DNA from: a bacterium | Lineage (GTDB): Bacteria > Patescibacteriota > Patescibacteriia > UBA1558 > S5-K13 | Reading direction: 5' to 3' | NCBI GenBank assembly: GCA_029555085.1 | Contig: JAKPTO010000026.1 | Coordinates: 1 to 64,000 of the forward strand | DNA: 64,000 nucleotides | Shown here: positions 18,603 through 29,146 of the stretch, piece by piece | How positions within the stretch are numbered: position 1 is the first letter of the stretch | Layout of the letters: the number at the start of each line of letters is the position of its first letter | Position numbers and translations under genes: made by a program | The notes under the pieces: generated by a model | Databases searched by the model: none | Told to the model about the DNA's origin: nothing | The model's input: the letters and a program-made list of their open reading frames with translations, nothing else

Positions 18603-20087
18603 CTAATCCCTAGGTTTCATAAGTGGGAATATCTGACACTCTCTTGCTGATTTATTCATTAAAAATGAAAAAACTCTTTCACTTAATCCAAATCCACAAG
18701 TTGGTGGCATTCCATGTTCAAGCGCTTCTACGAATTCATGATCGTACATTTGCGCTTCATCATCTCCTTCTTTTCTTAACTGTTCTTGTCTCTGAAATCT
18801 TTGCGCTTGATCAATCGGATCATTTAATTCGCTATAACCATTTCCAAGCTCAGACCCAGCTATAATTGGTTGAAATCTCTGAGTTAATCTTCCATCTGTT
18901 TCCAATTTTTTAGCGAGCGGTGAGACAATTTCAGGAACATTTATTAAAAATCCCGGTCCAGACATTTGCTTTCTGCAATATTTTAATAAATTATCAATTG
19001 CCCTTGTAATGTTAAATCCTTTCGTATCATATTCAATTTTCAATTCTTGTAATTTTGATATTATTTGTTTTTCATCAGTTTTTAAAATATCAACCCCTGT
19101 GTATTTCATGATTGTTTCTCTATAATCATATCTTTCCCATTTTTTCCCTAAATCAATATCAAAATTTTTAATCTTAAATTTTAAAGTTCCAAATGTTTCA
19201 TTCGCAACATATTTATACATTTCTTCAACTAATTCCATTCCCATTTCATAATCAGCATAAGCCCAATAAAATTCCATTTGTGTATAATCCTGTAAATGTT
19301 CCGCATCCATTCCTTCGTTTCTAAATTGCCTTCCTATTTCAAAAGTTTTATCATATCCTGCAACCATAAGCTTTTTTTGCCATAATTCTCCGGTAGAAAT
19401 TCTCAAATACACATCAACATCAAGTGCGTTGTGGTGAGTTATAAATGGTCTTGCATCAGCACCTCCGGTTGTTATTTCAAGTGCTGGTGTTTCTACTTCT
19501 AAAAATCCACGATCTAATAAAAATTTTCTTAATGCATTCCAAAACTTTGATCTTTTTATAAACATGTCTTTTATTTCTGGATTGCACAATATATCTAAAT
19601 ATCTTTTTCTTAATCTTTCTTCCTCATCTTTAAATCCGTGCCATTTTTCCGGAAGCGGTCTTAAAGTTTTTGTAAGAAGCTTCCAGTCAGAAACCATTAC
19701 GCTTTTTTCACCTTTGTGAGTTACAAAACAATTTCCATTAATTTCTAAAAAATCTCCGATATCAATCAAATCTACAAATTGTTTATATTTTTCATCTCCA
19801 ATTTCTTTTTTTGAGAACGCTATTTGAATCGCGCTTGTCCCATCTTGAATTTGAGCAAATGTTAAATTTCCATGACTTCTTATACTTCTAATACGCCCCA
19901 CAATAAAAAATTTCTTATTACTTTTTTCTAATTCTTCAAAGTCGGATAAAACAGACGAAATTTCAAAATCTCTCCTTGCTTTTGCTGGATATGGATCAAT
20001 TCCCAATTCTCTTATTTTATTAAGCCTTTGTACTCTAATATCATATTCATCGCTTGGATTTATTTCTTTTTTGATGTCTTGTTTCAT
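18603..20087 (-). CDS. lysS: Lysine--tRNA ligase (class II)
   Basis: OB fold, GGADARPFITHHN, RQFRNEG, YSELNDP, GMPPTCGFG. Confidence 0.97.
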   Translation of the reverse strand: MKQDIKKEINPSDEYDIRVQRLNKIRELGIDPYPAKARRDFEISSVLSDFEELEKSNKKFFIVGRIRSIRSHGNLTFAQIQDGTSAIQIAFSKKEIGDEKYKQFVDLIDIGDFLEINGNCFVTHKGEKSVMVSDWKLLTKTLRPLPEKWHGFKDEEERLRKRYLDILCNPEIKDMFIKRSKFWNALRKFLLDRGFLEVETPALEITTGGADARPFITHHNALDVDVYLRISTGELWQKKLMVAGYDKTFEIGRQFRNEGMDAEHLQDYTQMEFYWAYADYEMGMELVEEMYKYVANETFGTLKFKIKNFDIDLGKKWERYDYRETIMKYTGVDILKTDEKQIISKLQELKIEYDTKGFNITRAIDNLLKYCRKQMSGPGFLINVPEIVSPLAKKLETDGRLTQRFQPIIAGSELGNGYSELNDPIDQAQRFQRQEQLRKEGDDEAQMYDHEFVEALEHGMPPTCGFGLSERVFSFLMNKSARECQIFPLMKPRD

Positions 20088-20234
20088 AAATAATATTTAA
20101 TAATGTTAATAAAACTAAAAATTGCTGTTTATAACAGATTTTAATATAATTATACCCACTAAAATGATTAAAATCAACCTCGAAGGTTGTTTTCTATACT
20201 TCACACTTCTTCCTTTATAATCTATACTTAAATT

Positions 20235-22082
20235 ATGAAGTATGCACTCGTAAAACCCCTTATAAAACTCAAAAAAGGTCTAAATTTACTTGATTATAGT
20301 ATTCCTGGGGCATTATCCGAAAACTTAAAAATAGGCCAATTAGTTGAAATTCCGTTTAGAAATTCGTCTAAATTTGGAATTATTTTTGATATAAAAAACG
20401 AAACACAAGAAAACATAAAAATAAAAGATATTTTAAAAATTTCAAACCAAAATCCCATCATATCAGAAAACCAGATAAAATTTTATAAATGGTTTTGTGA
20501 TTATAATTTTTCTTCTTTAAACTTTTTAAACAACATCATTCCTCTACCGATGAAGAATAAAATAAAAGAGAAAGACGAAAAATTTTTTATTTATAAAACC
20601 CCCTTTAAATTAAAAAACATAAACTCTTCTATTTTAGAAAATAAACAGTTTATTTTTAAACATAATTTTTTCGATGAAAAACTAACGCTTATAAAAAATA
20701 CTATTGATAAAAATTTTAAAAATAAAAAGATAACTTTAATAATTTGTCCTACAAAAATTCACATTGAAAAAATCCTCTCCTCTCTTTTAAATTTTTACAC
20801 GGAAAAAGATTATAGAATTATCACAGGATTAACACATTTATCAAAATTAAAACACAACGAGATTTGGAATTCTATAAAAAATAATAAATTAAGATTTATA
20901 ATTGGAACAAAAATATCGATTTTTTATCCGATGGAAAACACTAAAACAATAATAATTGACGAATCAGAAAATGAAAATTTAAATCAAATTGATATAAATC
21001 CAAGATTTGAATTTTTACCAAATGTTTTAGAGCTTTCAAAAATAAATAATTCACAAATAATTTTTACCACATACTCACCAAACGCTTATTTATACAATTT
21101 AGCAAAAGAAAAACAATTGAAATTATTAGAAACAAAAGAAAAAGTTAATACTGAAATTTCTGTGCTCGATATGAGTACAAAATACTTTGAAAATTATTTA
21201 CATTTTTTTACAGAGGAAGAGGTTAAAAATAATCAAAAAATATTATTTTTATTAAATAAAAAAGGTTATAGTAAAAATTTAAAATGTCGTGATTGTAATT
21301 TTGTTTTTAGATGTGAAAAATGTAATTCTGTATTATCTATAAAAAATGAAAAACTACATTGTTACAATTGTGAAAAATCATTTGATGCGCCAATTACTTG
21401 CCCAAATTGTAATGGCGCAAAATTTAATAATTATGGAGTTGGAACAGAACAATTTACAAAAATTATAAAAAACAATTTTCAAAACAAAAAAGTAATAACA
21501 ATAGATAAAGATAATTATAAAAATTTAAAATTAACCAATCAGAGCGATATTGTCGTTGCGACAAGAATAATTATTGATTATATAAAAGAAAATGAATATG
21601 ATCTTATTGTAATTCCGTTTTCACATCAATTTTTAAATAATAACTTTGATTCAAATGAAGATTTTTTTGAACTCATCGCAAAATTAATCTCCCTAAAGCC
21701 AAAAAAAATTATCGTACAATGTATTGGTGAGCAAAAAATTCATGAATACATTAGAAATAATAATTATAAATCCATGATTGAGGATGAACTGAATATGAGA
21801 AAACTTTTAAAATATCCTCCATTCGAAAATATATTAAAAATTACAATAAAAGATAAAGATAAATCAATGCTTGATAAAAAAACAAATGAATTGTATGATA
21901 AAATTAAATTAAATATTGGAAATAATGTAGATTTATTAGAGATTGTTGATAAAAACACAAAAGTCCGCTCTTTTTACATGAAATACATATTATTAAAATA
22001 TAAAGATGAAAGCGATATTTCAAGTATAAAAAAATTATTAAATGAATTTGATATAATAGAAAAAAATTATTTTAAACTATGA
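20235..22082 (+). CDS. priA: Primosomal protein N' (divergent, helicase motifs degenerate)
   Basis: LDYSIP...GQLVEIPF 3'-binding domain, four CxxC pairs (CRDC, CEKC, CYNC, CPNC), GVGTE, YPPF; located next to def-fmt. Confidence 0.85.
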   Translation: MKYALVKPLIKLKKGLNLLDYSIPGALSENLKIGQLVEIPFRNSSKFGIIFDIKNETQENIKIKDILKISNQNPIISENQIKFYKWFCDYNFSSLNFLNNIIPLPMKNKIKEKDEKFFIYKTPFKLKNINSSILENKQFIFKHNFFDEKLTLIKNTIDKNFKNKKITLIICPTKIHIEKILSSLLNFYTEKDYRIITGLTHLSKLKHNEIWNSIKNNKLRFIIGTKISIFYPMENTKTIIIDESENENLNQIDINPRFEFLPNVLELSKINNSQIIFTTYSPNAYLYNLAKEKQLKLLETKEKVNTEISVLDMSTKYFENYLHFFTEEEVKNNQKILFLLNKKGYSKNLKCRDCNFVFRCEKCNSVLSIKNEKLHCYNCEKSFDAPITCPNCNGAKFNNYGVGTEQFTKIIKNNFQNKKVITIDKDNYKNLKLTNQSDIVVATRIIIDYIKENEYDLIVIPFSHQFLNNNFDSNEDFFELIAKLISLKPKKIIVQCIGEQKIHEYIRNNNYKSMIEDELNMRKLLKYPPFENILKITIKDKDKSMLDKKTNELYDKIKLNIGNNVDLLEIVDKNTKVRSFYMKYILLKYKDESDISSIKKLLNEFDIIEKNYFKL

Positions 22083-22573
22083 TAGTAAAATATCCAAATA
22101 AAATTCTCAGGACAAAACTCAATGAAGTTTCTGATTTTTCATCTCCAAACTTAAGATCAATAATTAGAAAAATGAAAAATAATATGATTAAATATGATGG
22201 AATCGGAATCGCCGCGAATCAAATTGGAATAAACATGAAAATTATTGTAATTAACTCTAAAGAAGGTCCTAAAGAATTTATAAATCCAAAAATTATAAAA
22301 AGATCTTTTGTAAAATCAAAATCTATTGAGGGTTGTTTATCATTCCCCGGAATAAGTGGCAAAGCAAAAAGACACAAAACAATAACAGTAGAATATCAAA
22401 CTCTAAACGGTGAGAAAAAAAATATTTGCGTATCTGGACTTTACTCGTTTGTATTTCAACATGAAATAGATCACATAAATGGAATAATTTTTACAGATAG
22501 ATTGTATAAATTTACAGAAGGTAAAAAATTATTTAAAGAATTACAAAAGCAAGCAAAATTAGATGAAAAATAA
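22079..22573 (+). CDS. def: Peptide deformylase
   Basis: GIGIAANQIG, EGCLS, QHEIDH. Confidence 0.96.
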   Translation: MIVKYPNKILRTKLNEVSDFSSPNLRSIIRKMKNNMIKYDGIGIAANQIGINMKIIVINSKEGPKEFINPKIIKRSFVKSKSIEGCLSFPGISGKAKRHKTITVEYQTLNGEKKNICVSGLYSFVFQHEIDHINGIIFTDRLYKFTEGKKLFKELQKQAKLDEK

Positions 22574-23483
22574 TATAATATTTTTTGGTTCAGATATAAA
22601 TGCAAAAAATTTATTAGAAAAATTAGTAAATTCTAATTTTAATATTTGTCTTACAATTACAAAATCAGAGAAAAAAACAGGGCGTGAAAAAAAACAAAAT
22701 CCCGTTAAATTATTTTGCGTAGAAAAAAATATAAACTTTCTGGAAATTGATAAAATTGAAAAAAATCATATTAAAATAATAAAATCGCATAATCCTGATG
22801 TTGGAATTTTACTTGCTTATGGAGTTCTTATTCCACAAAATGTTATAGATTTATTTACTTATGGCATTATAAATATCCATCCATCAATGCTTCCAAAGTA
22901 TCGCGGATCTTCTCCCATACAAAGCGCGCTTTTAAATGGAGATTCGGAAACCGGTGTAAGTGTAATGCTTTTATCAAAAAAAATGGATGCTGGTCCAATA
23001 ATAGCTCAACAAAAATTAAAAATAGAAAAATCTGATAACTATTCTGATCTATCAAAAAAATTATTTAATTTGGGAATTGAATTATTACTACAAAATCTAG
23101 AAAAATATTTAAAACAAGAAATAATCCCAACTCCACAAAATGAAGAACAAAAAACAATTACAAAAATGATTGAGAAATCCGATGGACTTATAAACTGGGA
23201 AACAAATGCTAAAGATATATTTAACAAAATTCGCGCTTTTGAATTGTGGCCAGGAGCATACACAAAATTTAATGGAAAGATATTAAAGATAATTGAAGCT
23301 GATTTTGAGGAAAAAATTACTGAAAATAAAATCGGAAAAGTATTTATTGAAAGTGATAAAGTTTTCATACAGTGCAAAAACTCAGTTCTTGAATTAAAAA
23401 AAGTACAACTTGAAGGTAAATCAAGTTGTGATATAAAATCTTTTATAAATGGTTATAGAAATTTTGTTGGAAGTATATTATAA
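22563..23483 (+). CDS. fmt: Methionyl-tRNA formyltransferase
   Basis: NIHPSMLPKYRGSSP, MDAGPI; follows def. Confidence 0.95.
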   Translation: MKNNIIFFGSDINAKNLLEKLVNSNFNICLTITKSEKKTGREKKQNPVKLFCVEKNINFLEIDKIEKNHIKIIKSHNPDVGILLAYGVLIPQNVIDLFTYGIINIHPSMLPKYRGSSPIQSALLNGDSETGVSVMLLSKKMDAGPIIAQQKLKIEKSDNYSDLSKKLFNLGIELLLQNLEKYLKQEIIPTPQNEEQKTITKMIEKSDGLINWETNAKDIFNKIRAFELWPGAYTKFNGKILKIIEADFEEKITENKIGKVFIESDKVFIQCKNSVLELKKVQLEGKSSCDIKSFINGYRNFVGSIL

Positions 23484-23511
23484 AAATATATTTAAAATTA
23501 TAAGACATTAT

Positions 23512-25023
23512 TTATGTCTTTTTTGTTACCTGAAATCCTAATCTATATTTTCCACCAAGCATAAGCCTTGTCTGTGCCTCAAGTGCTGGAATAGAGCCAA
23601 AAAATATCATTGTAAATGGAAATAAAATCCATTGTATGGCCATAATAGGATAAACAAGCCAAGAAACATTTTTTGGCTTTTTAGGTAAAAAGAAAAAATT
23701 TAAAGAAGCGATTGCAAAAATTCCAGTCATTCCAAATTGCATTATATATTTTAATAAAATAGGAGCATTGTGAATTATCACATCATAATGAATTTTCATA
23801 TCTGCAACAAAAATTGGCAATTTTCCCATTGTAAGAATTAATATTGGTAATGTTGCCCAACTGTAAGTTCCCTCTGCTTGATTAAATAAATATTTAAATT
23901 TTTGCGCAAAAGGAATTTTTTTATTTGGTATAAGTTTAGTCATCATCCACGGAAAATGCTCGACTCCCCAACCCCATCGTCTAATTTGAATGTATTGATT
24001 TTTCAATGATTCAAAAAAATTTCCAAGATCAACTGTTTGCATTGAAACAGGTGTGTACATAGGACAAACTCTATAATTACCATTAAAATGATTTAGCGCG
24101 TGCAAAAATATACGAGTATCCTCTGTTACAATATCTCTTGGATGAAATCCAACCTCAACAAGCGCCTTAAAACTCATACTATGAGAAGAAAAAGTAAATA
24201 ATCTTTCAGGTCTTGATAAATCAGTTAACAGCCAATATGTTGTTGAATGCGCTACAACTCTAATAATTGGATTTGACTTCCAAACATTGTTGTTAAATAA
24301 TACTAATGGTTGATAGCTGAATCTCTCTGGATTATCCATTGTTAAATATTTATAAGTCAAACAATTAAAATATTGTTTATCTGGCCAGGTCTCTATATCA
24401 AACATTGAAATTATAACTTTTGAAATATCAATATTTTTTTCTAAAAAATACTTATACATTTCTGTTCCTATGTGATACATATTCGAACCTTTTCCTGGAA
24501 TTTCTCCAGGGATGCCTCTTGGATGAACTGTTACTACTATATCTTTAAATTTCCCGTCAAATTCAGATTTAATTTTTTCAGCAATTTTTAGAAAATTGTC
24601 CTTATCGCCTTCTTCACCGCCTAATGTTATAATCATCTTATCTTTATCATAATCAGACTCTATTAATTTATCAAAAGTGTCTTTCACTACACTATATGGC
24701 TCCTTGTATGTAGGAAGCGCTACCAAATGAATATAATTTTCCCAATTTTTACAAGCCAATCTTTTTGCTCTCCAGTCAATTCTCTTAGCTTTCATATACT
24801 TAAACCAAGAACTTAAAAGAAAAATAAACATATAATAAATCCTTACAACCCAATAAACATCAAGTACTATTATAAAATAAATTCCCCAAATTGGTTTCGC
24901 TATAGCAATTACAATGCAAAAAATTAAAGTAAACCAAGCTGCAAAACCGGGCATAATTTCGTATATTCTAAGTTGCACATAATCGCGTTTATCCTCCTTA
25001 ACTCTCAATATTTTTAGTAGCAT
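23512..25023 (-). CDS. Membrane GT2 glycosyltransferase
   Basis: PTYKEP, GKGSN, TED and QIRRW (QxxRW) motifs with flanking TMs. Start moved to the ATG at 25023 (or 25032) to avoid overlap with the divergent gene. Confidence 0.85.
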   Translation of the reverse strand: MLLKILRVKEDKRDYVQLRIYEIMPGFAAWFTLIFCIVIAIAKPIWGIYFIIVLDVYWVVRIYYMFIFLLSSWFKYMKAKRIDWRAKRLACKNWENYIHLVALPTYKEPYSVVKDTFDKLIESDYDKDKMIITLGGEEGDKDNFLKIAEKIKSEFDGKFKDIVVTVHPRGIPGEIPGKGSNMYHIGTEMYKYFLEKNIDISKVIISMFDIETWPDKQYFNCLTYKYLTMDNPERFSYQPLVLFNNNVWKSNPIIRVVAHSTTYWLLTDLSRPERLFTFSSHSMSFKALVEVGFHPRDIVTEDTRIFLHALNHFNGNYRVCPMYTPVSMQTVDLGNFFESLKNQYIQIRRWGWGVEHFPWMMTKLIPNKKIPFAQKFKYLFNQAEGTYSWATLPILILTMGKLPIFVADMKIHYDVIIHNAPILLKYIMQFGMTGIFAIASLNFFFLPKKPKNVSWLVYPIMAIQWILFPFTMIFFGSIPALEAQTRLMLGGKYRLGFQVTKKT

Positions 25024-25105
25024 TTTTATCATAAAAAGTGTAATATTAATAATATTAATCAATATATCAATACTATCTATTTTACAACAAAAAATCAACC
25101 CTAGT

Positions 25106-26665
25106 ATGAAAAAATTTATTCCAATAATAATACTTTCAATATTTCTCATTATATTAAGGATTCCTTTTGTGAGTCACTATTTATTTGATTGGGATGCTGT
25201 TCAACTTGCCATGGGAATGGATCATTTCGATATATCTCTTCACCAACCACATCCACCGGGATATTTTCTTTATATATATTTTGCAAAATTCATAAATATA
25301 TTTTTGAATAATCCTAACTTGGCAATGATAGTTGAAAATATCATATTATCAATTATTGGATTAATAATTTTCTATAAAATTTCAAAAAAAATATTTAAAG
25401 ATGAATTTTTAAGTATTTTATCCTCGCTGATATTTATTACAAATCCATTTATATGGTTTCACAGCGAATTTCCAAATGTTTACATGATAGACTTTTGCTT
25501 TTCTTTAATTTATTTCTATTTATCATATTTAATAATAATTGAAAATAAAAATTTGCTATGGTTATTTTCAACGCTACTTGCTCTTGGGATTGGTTTTAGA
25601 CAAAGTTTAATAATATTCTTTTTGCCAATTTATATTTACACTTGCTTTTTTAATTTTAATTTTTCCAAGAAGAAAATTTTAAAATTATTATTCAATATTT
25701 TAATTTTTGCTTTTGTGCTTTTATTGTGGCTTATTCCAAATTGTCTTGTAATGGGTGGTCTTGATAAATTTATAAATATTTCTAAAAATCAATTTCTATC
25801 AGCTTCAAAACCAACATCAATATTTTCTTTTGCAAAAATAGAAGCACTGTTAAAACAATTTTTCAACACAACAAAAATATTATTATATTCCGCTAGTCTA
25901 TTATCAATATTTTCATTAATTGCAATTTTTTCTAAAAAAATAAAAATATCCAAAAAAAATTCAATTATTTTTTTACTATGCCTACTTCCATCTTTTTTAT
26001 TTTACTCATTTGTTCATTTAGGAAAAATTGGATACATAATGACAATAAGTGGAATTTTTATGACTCTTGGAATTTTTGCTATAAATAAATTATTTAAAGA
26101 AAGATCTCAGATTACAATAATGTTTTTTATATTCGTTCTACAAATTCCTCTTTTTATATATGGAATAGATGGTTTTATTAAAAATAAAATTTTTCTTATA
26201 AATGTATCCCCCTACGATGTGTCTTATTTAAATTTAAGAAATAGTGACTCGAGAATTAAAAGAACCTTATATGAAATTAAAAAATATAACCCAGACGATA
26301 CAATTTTAATAACTGAAGCAGATAGCCCATATATAATCCCAAAATCAAATTTCATAAAAAATATGAGACTTGGCGGATATTATTTACCGGAATATAATTT
26401 ATATAATATTTTTAATGATGGGGTAAAGAAAAAATATTATTATATAAACAACAAAAACACACGATTAATACATGATTTTCAAATACAAATTCCTCAAAAC
26501 ACTAAAAATGTTCTTCTTGTTACAGATAATTTTAATTACGATATCTATGATTTTAAAAAATATCCGAAATTTGAAGAAGTGTTTTATATGAACATTGAAA
26601 ATCAAAATGAGTTTGAATATATTGGTTATAAGTTTATAAAAAATCAAAACAATAACCACTATTGA
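25106..26665 (+). CDS. Multi-TM GT-C type glycosyltransferase (PMT/DUF2723-like)
   Basis: WDAVQ...HQPHPPGYFLY loop, GFRQ, about 11 TM segments. Confidence 0.75.
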   Translation: MKKFIPIIILSIFLIILRIPFVSHYLFDWDAVQLAMGMDHFDISLHQPHPPGYFLYIYFAKFINIFLNNPNLAMIVENIILSIIGLIIFYKISKKIFKDEFLSILSSLIFITNPFIWFHSEFPNVYMIDFCFSLIYFYLSYLIIIENKNLLWLFSTLLALGIGFRQSLIIFFLPIYIYTCFFNFNFSKKKILKLLFNILIFAFVLLLWLIPNCLVMGGLDKFINISKNQFLSASKPTSIFSFAKIEALLKQFFNTTKILLYSASLLSIFSLIAIFSKKIKISKKNSIIFLLCLLPSFLFYSFVHLGKIGYIMTISGIFMTLGIFAINKLFKERSQITIMFFIFVLQIPLFIYGIDGFIKNKIFLINVSPYDVSYLNLRNSDSRIKRTLYEIKKYNPDDTILITEADSPYIIPKSNFIKNMRLGGYYLPEYNLYNIFNDGVKKKYYYINNKNTRLIHDFQIQIPQNTKNVLLVTDNFNYDIYDFKKYPKFEEVFYMNIENQNEFEYIGYKFIKNQNNNHY

Positions 26666-26690
26666 CAAATTTATAATAATAACCTATACT
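26662..26690 (+). promoter_or_regulatory. Sigma70 promoter
   Basis: TTGACA-17bp-TATACT. Confidence 0.7.
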
Positions 26691-26696
26691 AACCTC

Positions 26697-26885
26697 ACTA
26701 TTCAACAGGAGGATTATGGTAAATTTTTTAGCAGGGGCGCGAAACCCCAATTTCAAATTCTCATTGGAGCAAATGAAGATTGATATTTATAGGGCACACA
26801 GAGAGACCTCCCATAATACTACCTCCTCCGAAAAAATGGTCCTGCTCAGACCAACCTGATGGGAGTGCCCACCATCAGGTTTTTA
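26697..26885 (+). ncRNA. Candidate structured small RNA (alternatively an mRNA for a 47-aa ORF at 26716-26859)
   Basis: GC-richer island between a promoter and a terminator, with several complementary segments (see findings). Confidence 0.5.
26854..26885 (+). terminator. Intrinsic terminator
   Basis: ACCTGATGG-N9-CCATCAGGT followed by a T run. Confidence 0.75.
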
Positions 26886-26922
26886 AAAAAGAAAAAGGAC
26901 AATAATGTCCTTAAATAAATTA

Positions 26923-26952
26923 ACCCCACACATTCTTGTGTTGGGGATTTTT
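26923..26952. terminator. Hairpin, probable mltG terminator
   Basis: CCCCACACA-TTCT-TGTGTTGGGG just past the mltG stop. Confidence 0.55.
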
Positions 26953-26969
26953 ATTATAATAAATATAAA

Positions 26970-27971
26970 TCAATCCAAATATTTGGCTTTATTTATTTTG
27001 TGCTCATCAAAGGTTCTACTAAATATGGTATTTCCTGTTTTTGGATCGGTTAAAAAATAATTATAATCCGACGCTAAAGGATATATTGAGGATGTTATTG
27101 AATTAAGCCCTGGATTATTTATTGGCGATGGTGGAAGATCTTTATTTATATAAGTATTATATGGGGATTGAATTTTAGTATCCTCATAAGAATACTGGGG
27201 TTTATTTTCGCCTAATATATATGCTAATGTAGCGCATGATTCTAAAGCTTGCCCATATTTAATTCTATTCCAAAATATACCAGAAACTATTTTCATATCA
27301 TCCTGACTTCTAACTTCTTTTTCTATAATTGAAGCCATTGTAATAATTTCATCTATTGATTTTCCTTGATTTTTAATATCTCTTCTCATTTGTTCTGTTA
27401 ATTTATCATCAAAATTGCTTAATAATTTATTTATTACATCATAACAAGTTGAATTTTTATAAACTCTATAAGTATCTGGAAATAAATAACCCTCTAAATC
27501 TGTATTTTTTGGTTTTTGTTTTATAAAATCATAATCATAATCATTTGATTTACTTAAACTGCTCCACTCTTCTTCACTGCAAAATCCCTCTGCGTTTAAA
27601 TAATCACCTATTTGTTGAAGGTTCCAACCCTCGATGATTTTGATTTGCTTTTCATTAAAACTCACGCCTCTTGATTTTTTTATTATTAAATTCGAGATCT
27701 CAATTGAATTCATTGAATCAGATATTTGAAAAGTTCCGGGCATTATATTTCTATATTTTCCCGAGAGTTTCATATATAAATCAAAGAAAAAAGCATTTTT
27801 TATTAAACTGTGCAACTCTAAATTTTGAGCTACTTGATATGATGACTCTCCTTCTTTTATTGTAAATTCTGTTTTTATATTATTATTTATTGGAAAAAAC
27901 AAAGCATTAAAAAATAAATAGCCACCAATTGCTATAATTAAAAATATAATCAAGTAAATAATCTTTCTCAT
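26970..27971 (-). CDS. mltG: Endolytic transglycosylase
   Basis: LEGYLFPDTY, MASIIEKE, SPYNTY, LPPSPINNPG. Confidence 0.95.
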   Translation of the reverse strand: MRKIIYLIIFLIIAIGGYLFFNALFFPINNNIKTEFTIKEGESSYQVAQNLELHSLIKNAFFFDLYMKLSGKYRNIMPGTFQISDSMNSIEISNLIIKKSRGVSFNEKQIKIIEGWNLQQIGDYLNAEGFCSEEEWSSLSKSNDYDYDFIKQKPKNTDLEGYLFPDTYRVYKNSTCYDVINKLLSNFDDKLTEQMRRDIKNQGKSIDEIITMASIIEKEVRSQDDMKIVSGIFWNRIKYGQALESCATLAYILGENKPQYSYEDTKIQSPYNTYINKDLPPSPINNPGLNSITSSIYPLASDYNYFLTDPKTGNTIFSRTFDEHKINKAKYLD

Positions 27972-29038
27972 AAATATTTTTTATATTTATTGTTTTTTTT
28001 CAAAATAGATATAATACTTTTTACCTCTTGTGATCTATTTTTTGGGCAAACGAATAGAGCATCTTTCGTATCAACTATTACCATATCATCCACCCCAACA
28101 AGAGAGATGATTTTTGACTTATCTTTATTTACAATCAAATTATTTCTTGAATCAACAGATACTACATTTGCATCAACAAGATTTTCTCCCTGTTTTCCAA
28201 AACAATCAGCTATAGCGCCCCATGTTCCTATATCGCGCCATACAATACGAGATGGCAAAATTAACATATTTTTTATTTTTTCTATAATACCATAGTCAAT
28301 AGAAATATTATCTACTTTTCTGAATTCTTTAATTATTGTATTTGAACAAAAATTGTGTTCAATATTGTCTAGTGATTTAAAATGATTTGGTAGATGTTTT
28401 TTAAAAAGTGAAATCATTGTATCTGCTCTAAAAACAAACCACGCTGGATTCCACAAAAATCTGCCACTCTTTAAATATTTGCGAGCGGTATTTAAATCTG
28501 GCTTTTCTTTAAATTTAATAACCTTGAAAAATTTATTTGAATTATAGTTTTTAAAAAATTTCCCAATCTCTATATAACCATATCCGGTTTCCGGATATGT
28601 AGGACTAATTCCTATCAAAGAAACACCTTGTGGATTATCTTCAATTGAGGCAAGACACGATTTGATTTCTTTTTTATAAGTTTGTAAATCATCAATATAA
28701 TGATCTGAATTTACCATTACAATTTTTGCATTTTTGTCACGACGCAAAATACTAATACAAGCAAAACCAATCGCCATTGCAGTTCCCCTTGCTTCTGGTT
28801 CTATTATAAAATTTTCTTTTTTTATACCCTTTAATTGTTTCTTAAAAATTGGATATTGAGAAACGCCACATGATATAAAAATATTTTGTTTTGGAAAAAT
28901 TGAACAAGTTCTTTCGTATGTAATTTGCAAAAGCGTTTTATTATTAAAAAAACGCTCTGTCTGTTTTGGACTATTTTTCCTAGAAATCGGCCACAGTCTA
29001 GTGCCATGACCTCCGGCTAATATGACTGCGTAATTCAT
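27968..29038 (-). CDS. manC: Mannose-1-phosphate guanylyltransferase
   Basis: ILAGGHGTRLWPISR, EP, SDH, PETGYGYI, FKEKP, SIDY. Confidence 0.92.
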   Translation of the reverse strand: MNYAVILAGGHGTRLWPISRKNSPKQTERFFNNKTLLQITYERTCSIFPKQNIFISCGVSQYPIFKKQLKGIKKENFIIEPEARGTAMAIGFACISILRRDKNAKIVMVNSDHYIDDLQTYKKEIKSCLASIEDNPQGVSLIGISPTYPETGYGYIEIGKFFKNYNSNKFFKVIKFKEKPDLNTARKYLKSGRFLWNPAWFVFRADTMISLFKKHLPNHFKSLDNIEHNFCSNTIIKEFRKVDNISIDYGIIEKIKNMLILPSRIVWRDIGTWGAIADCFGKQGENLVDANVVSVDSRNNLIVNKDKSKIISLVGVDDMVIVDTKDALFVCPKNRSQEVKSIISILKKNNKYKKYL

Positions 29039-29117
29039 AATTATAAAAATTTAAATTCCTTATATGTTTTATTATAACATGATTATTAATTTTTCTAAAA
29101 CTTAAAAATTTTTCAAC

Positions 29118-29146
29118 TTGACACAAAGAAAAATATATGATATACT
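29118..29146 (+). promoter_or_regulatory. Sigma70 promoter with extended -10 for the CAP-domain gene
   Basis: TTGACA-17bp(...TGA)-TATACT, about 140 nt before the ATG. Confidence 0.65.

Noticed and set aside
25024-25149. ORF-track N-terminal extension of the GT2 gene
   Set aside because: It overlaps the divergent gene start at 25106 and is low-complexity; ATG at 25023 or 25032 is more plausible.
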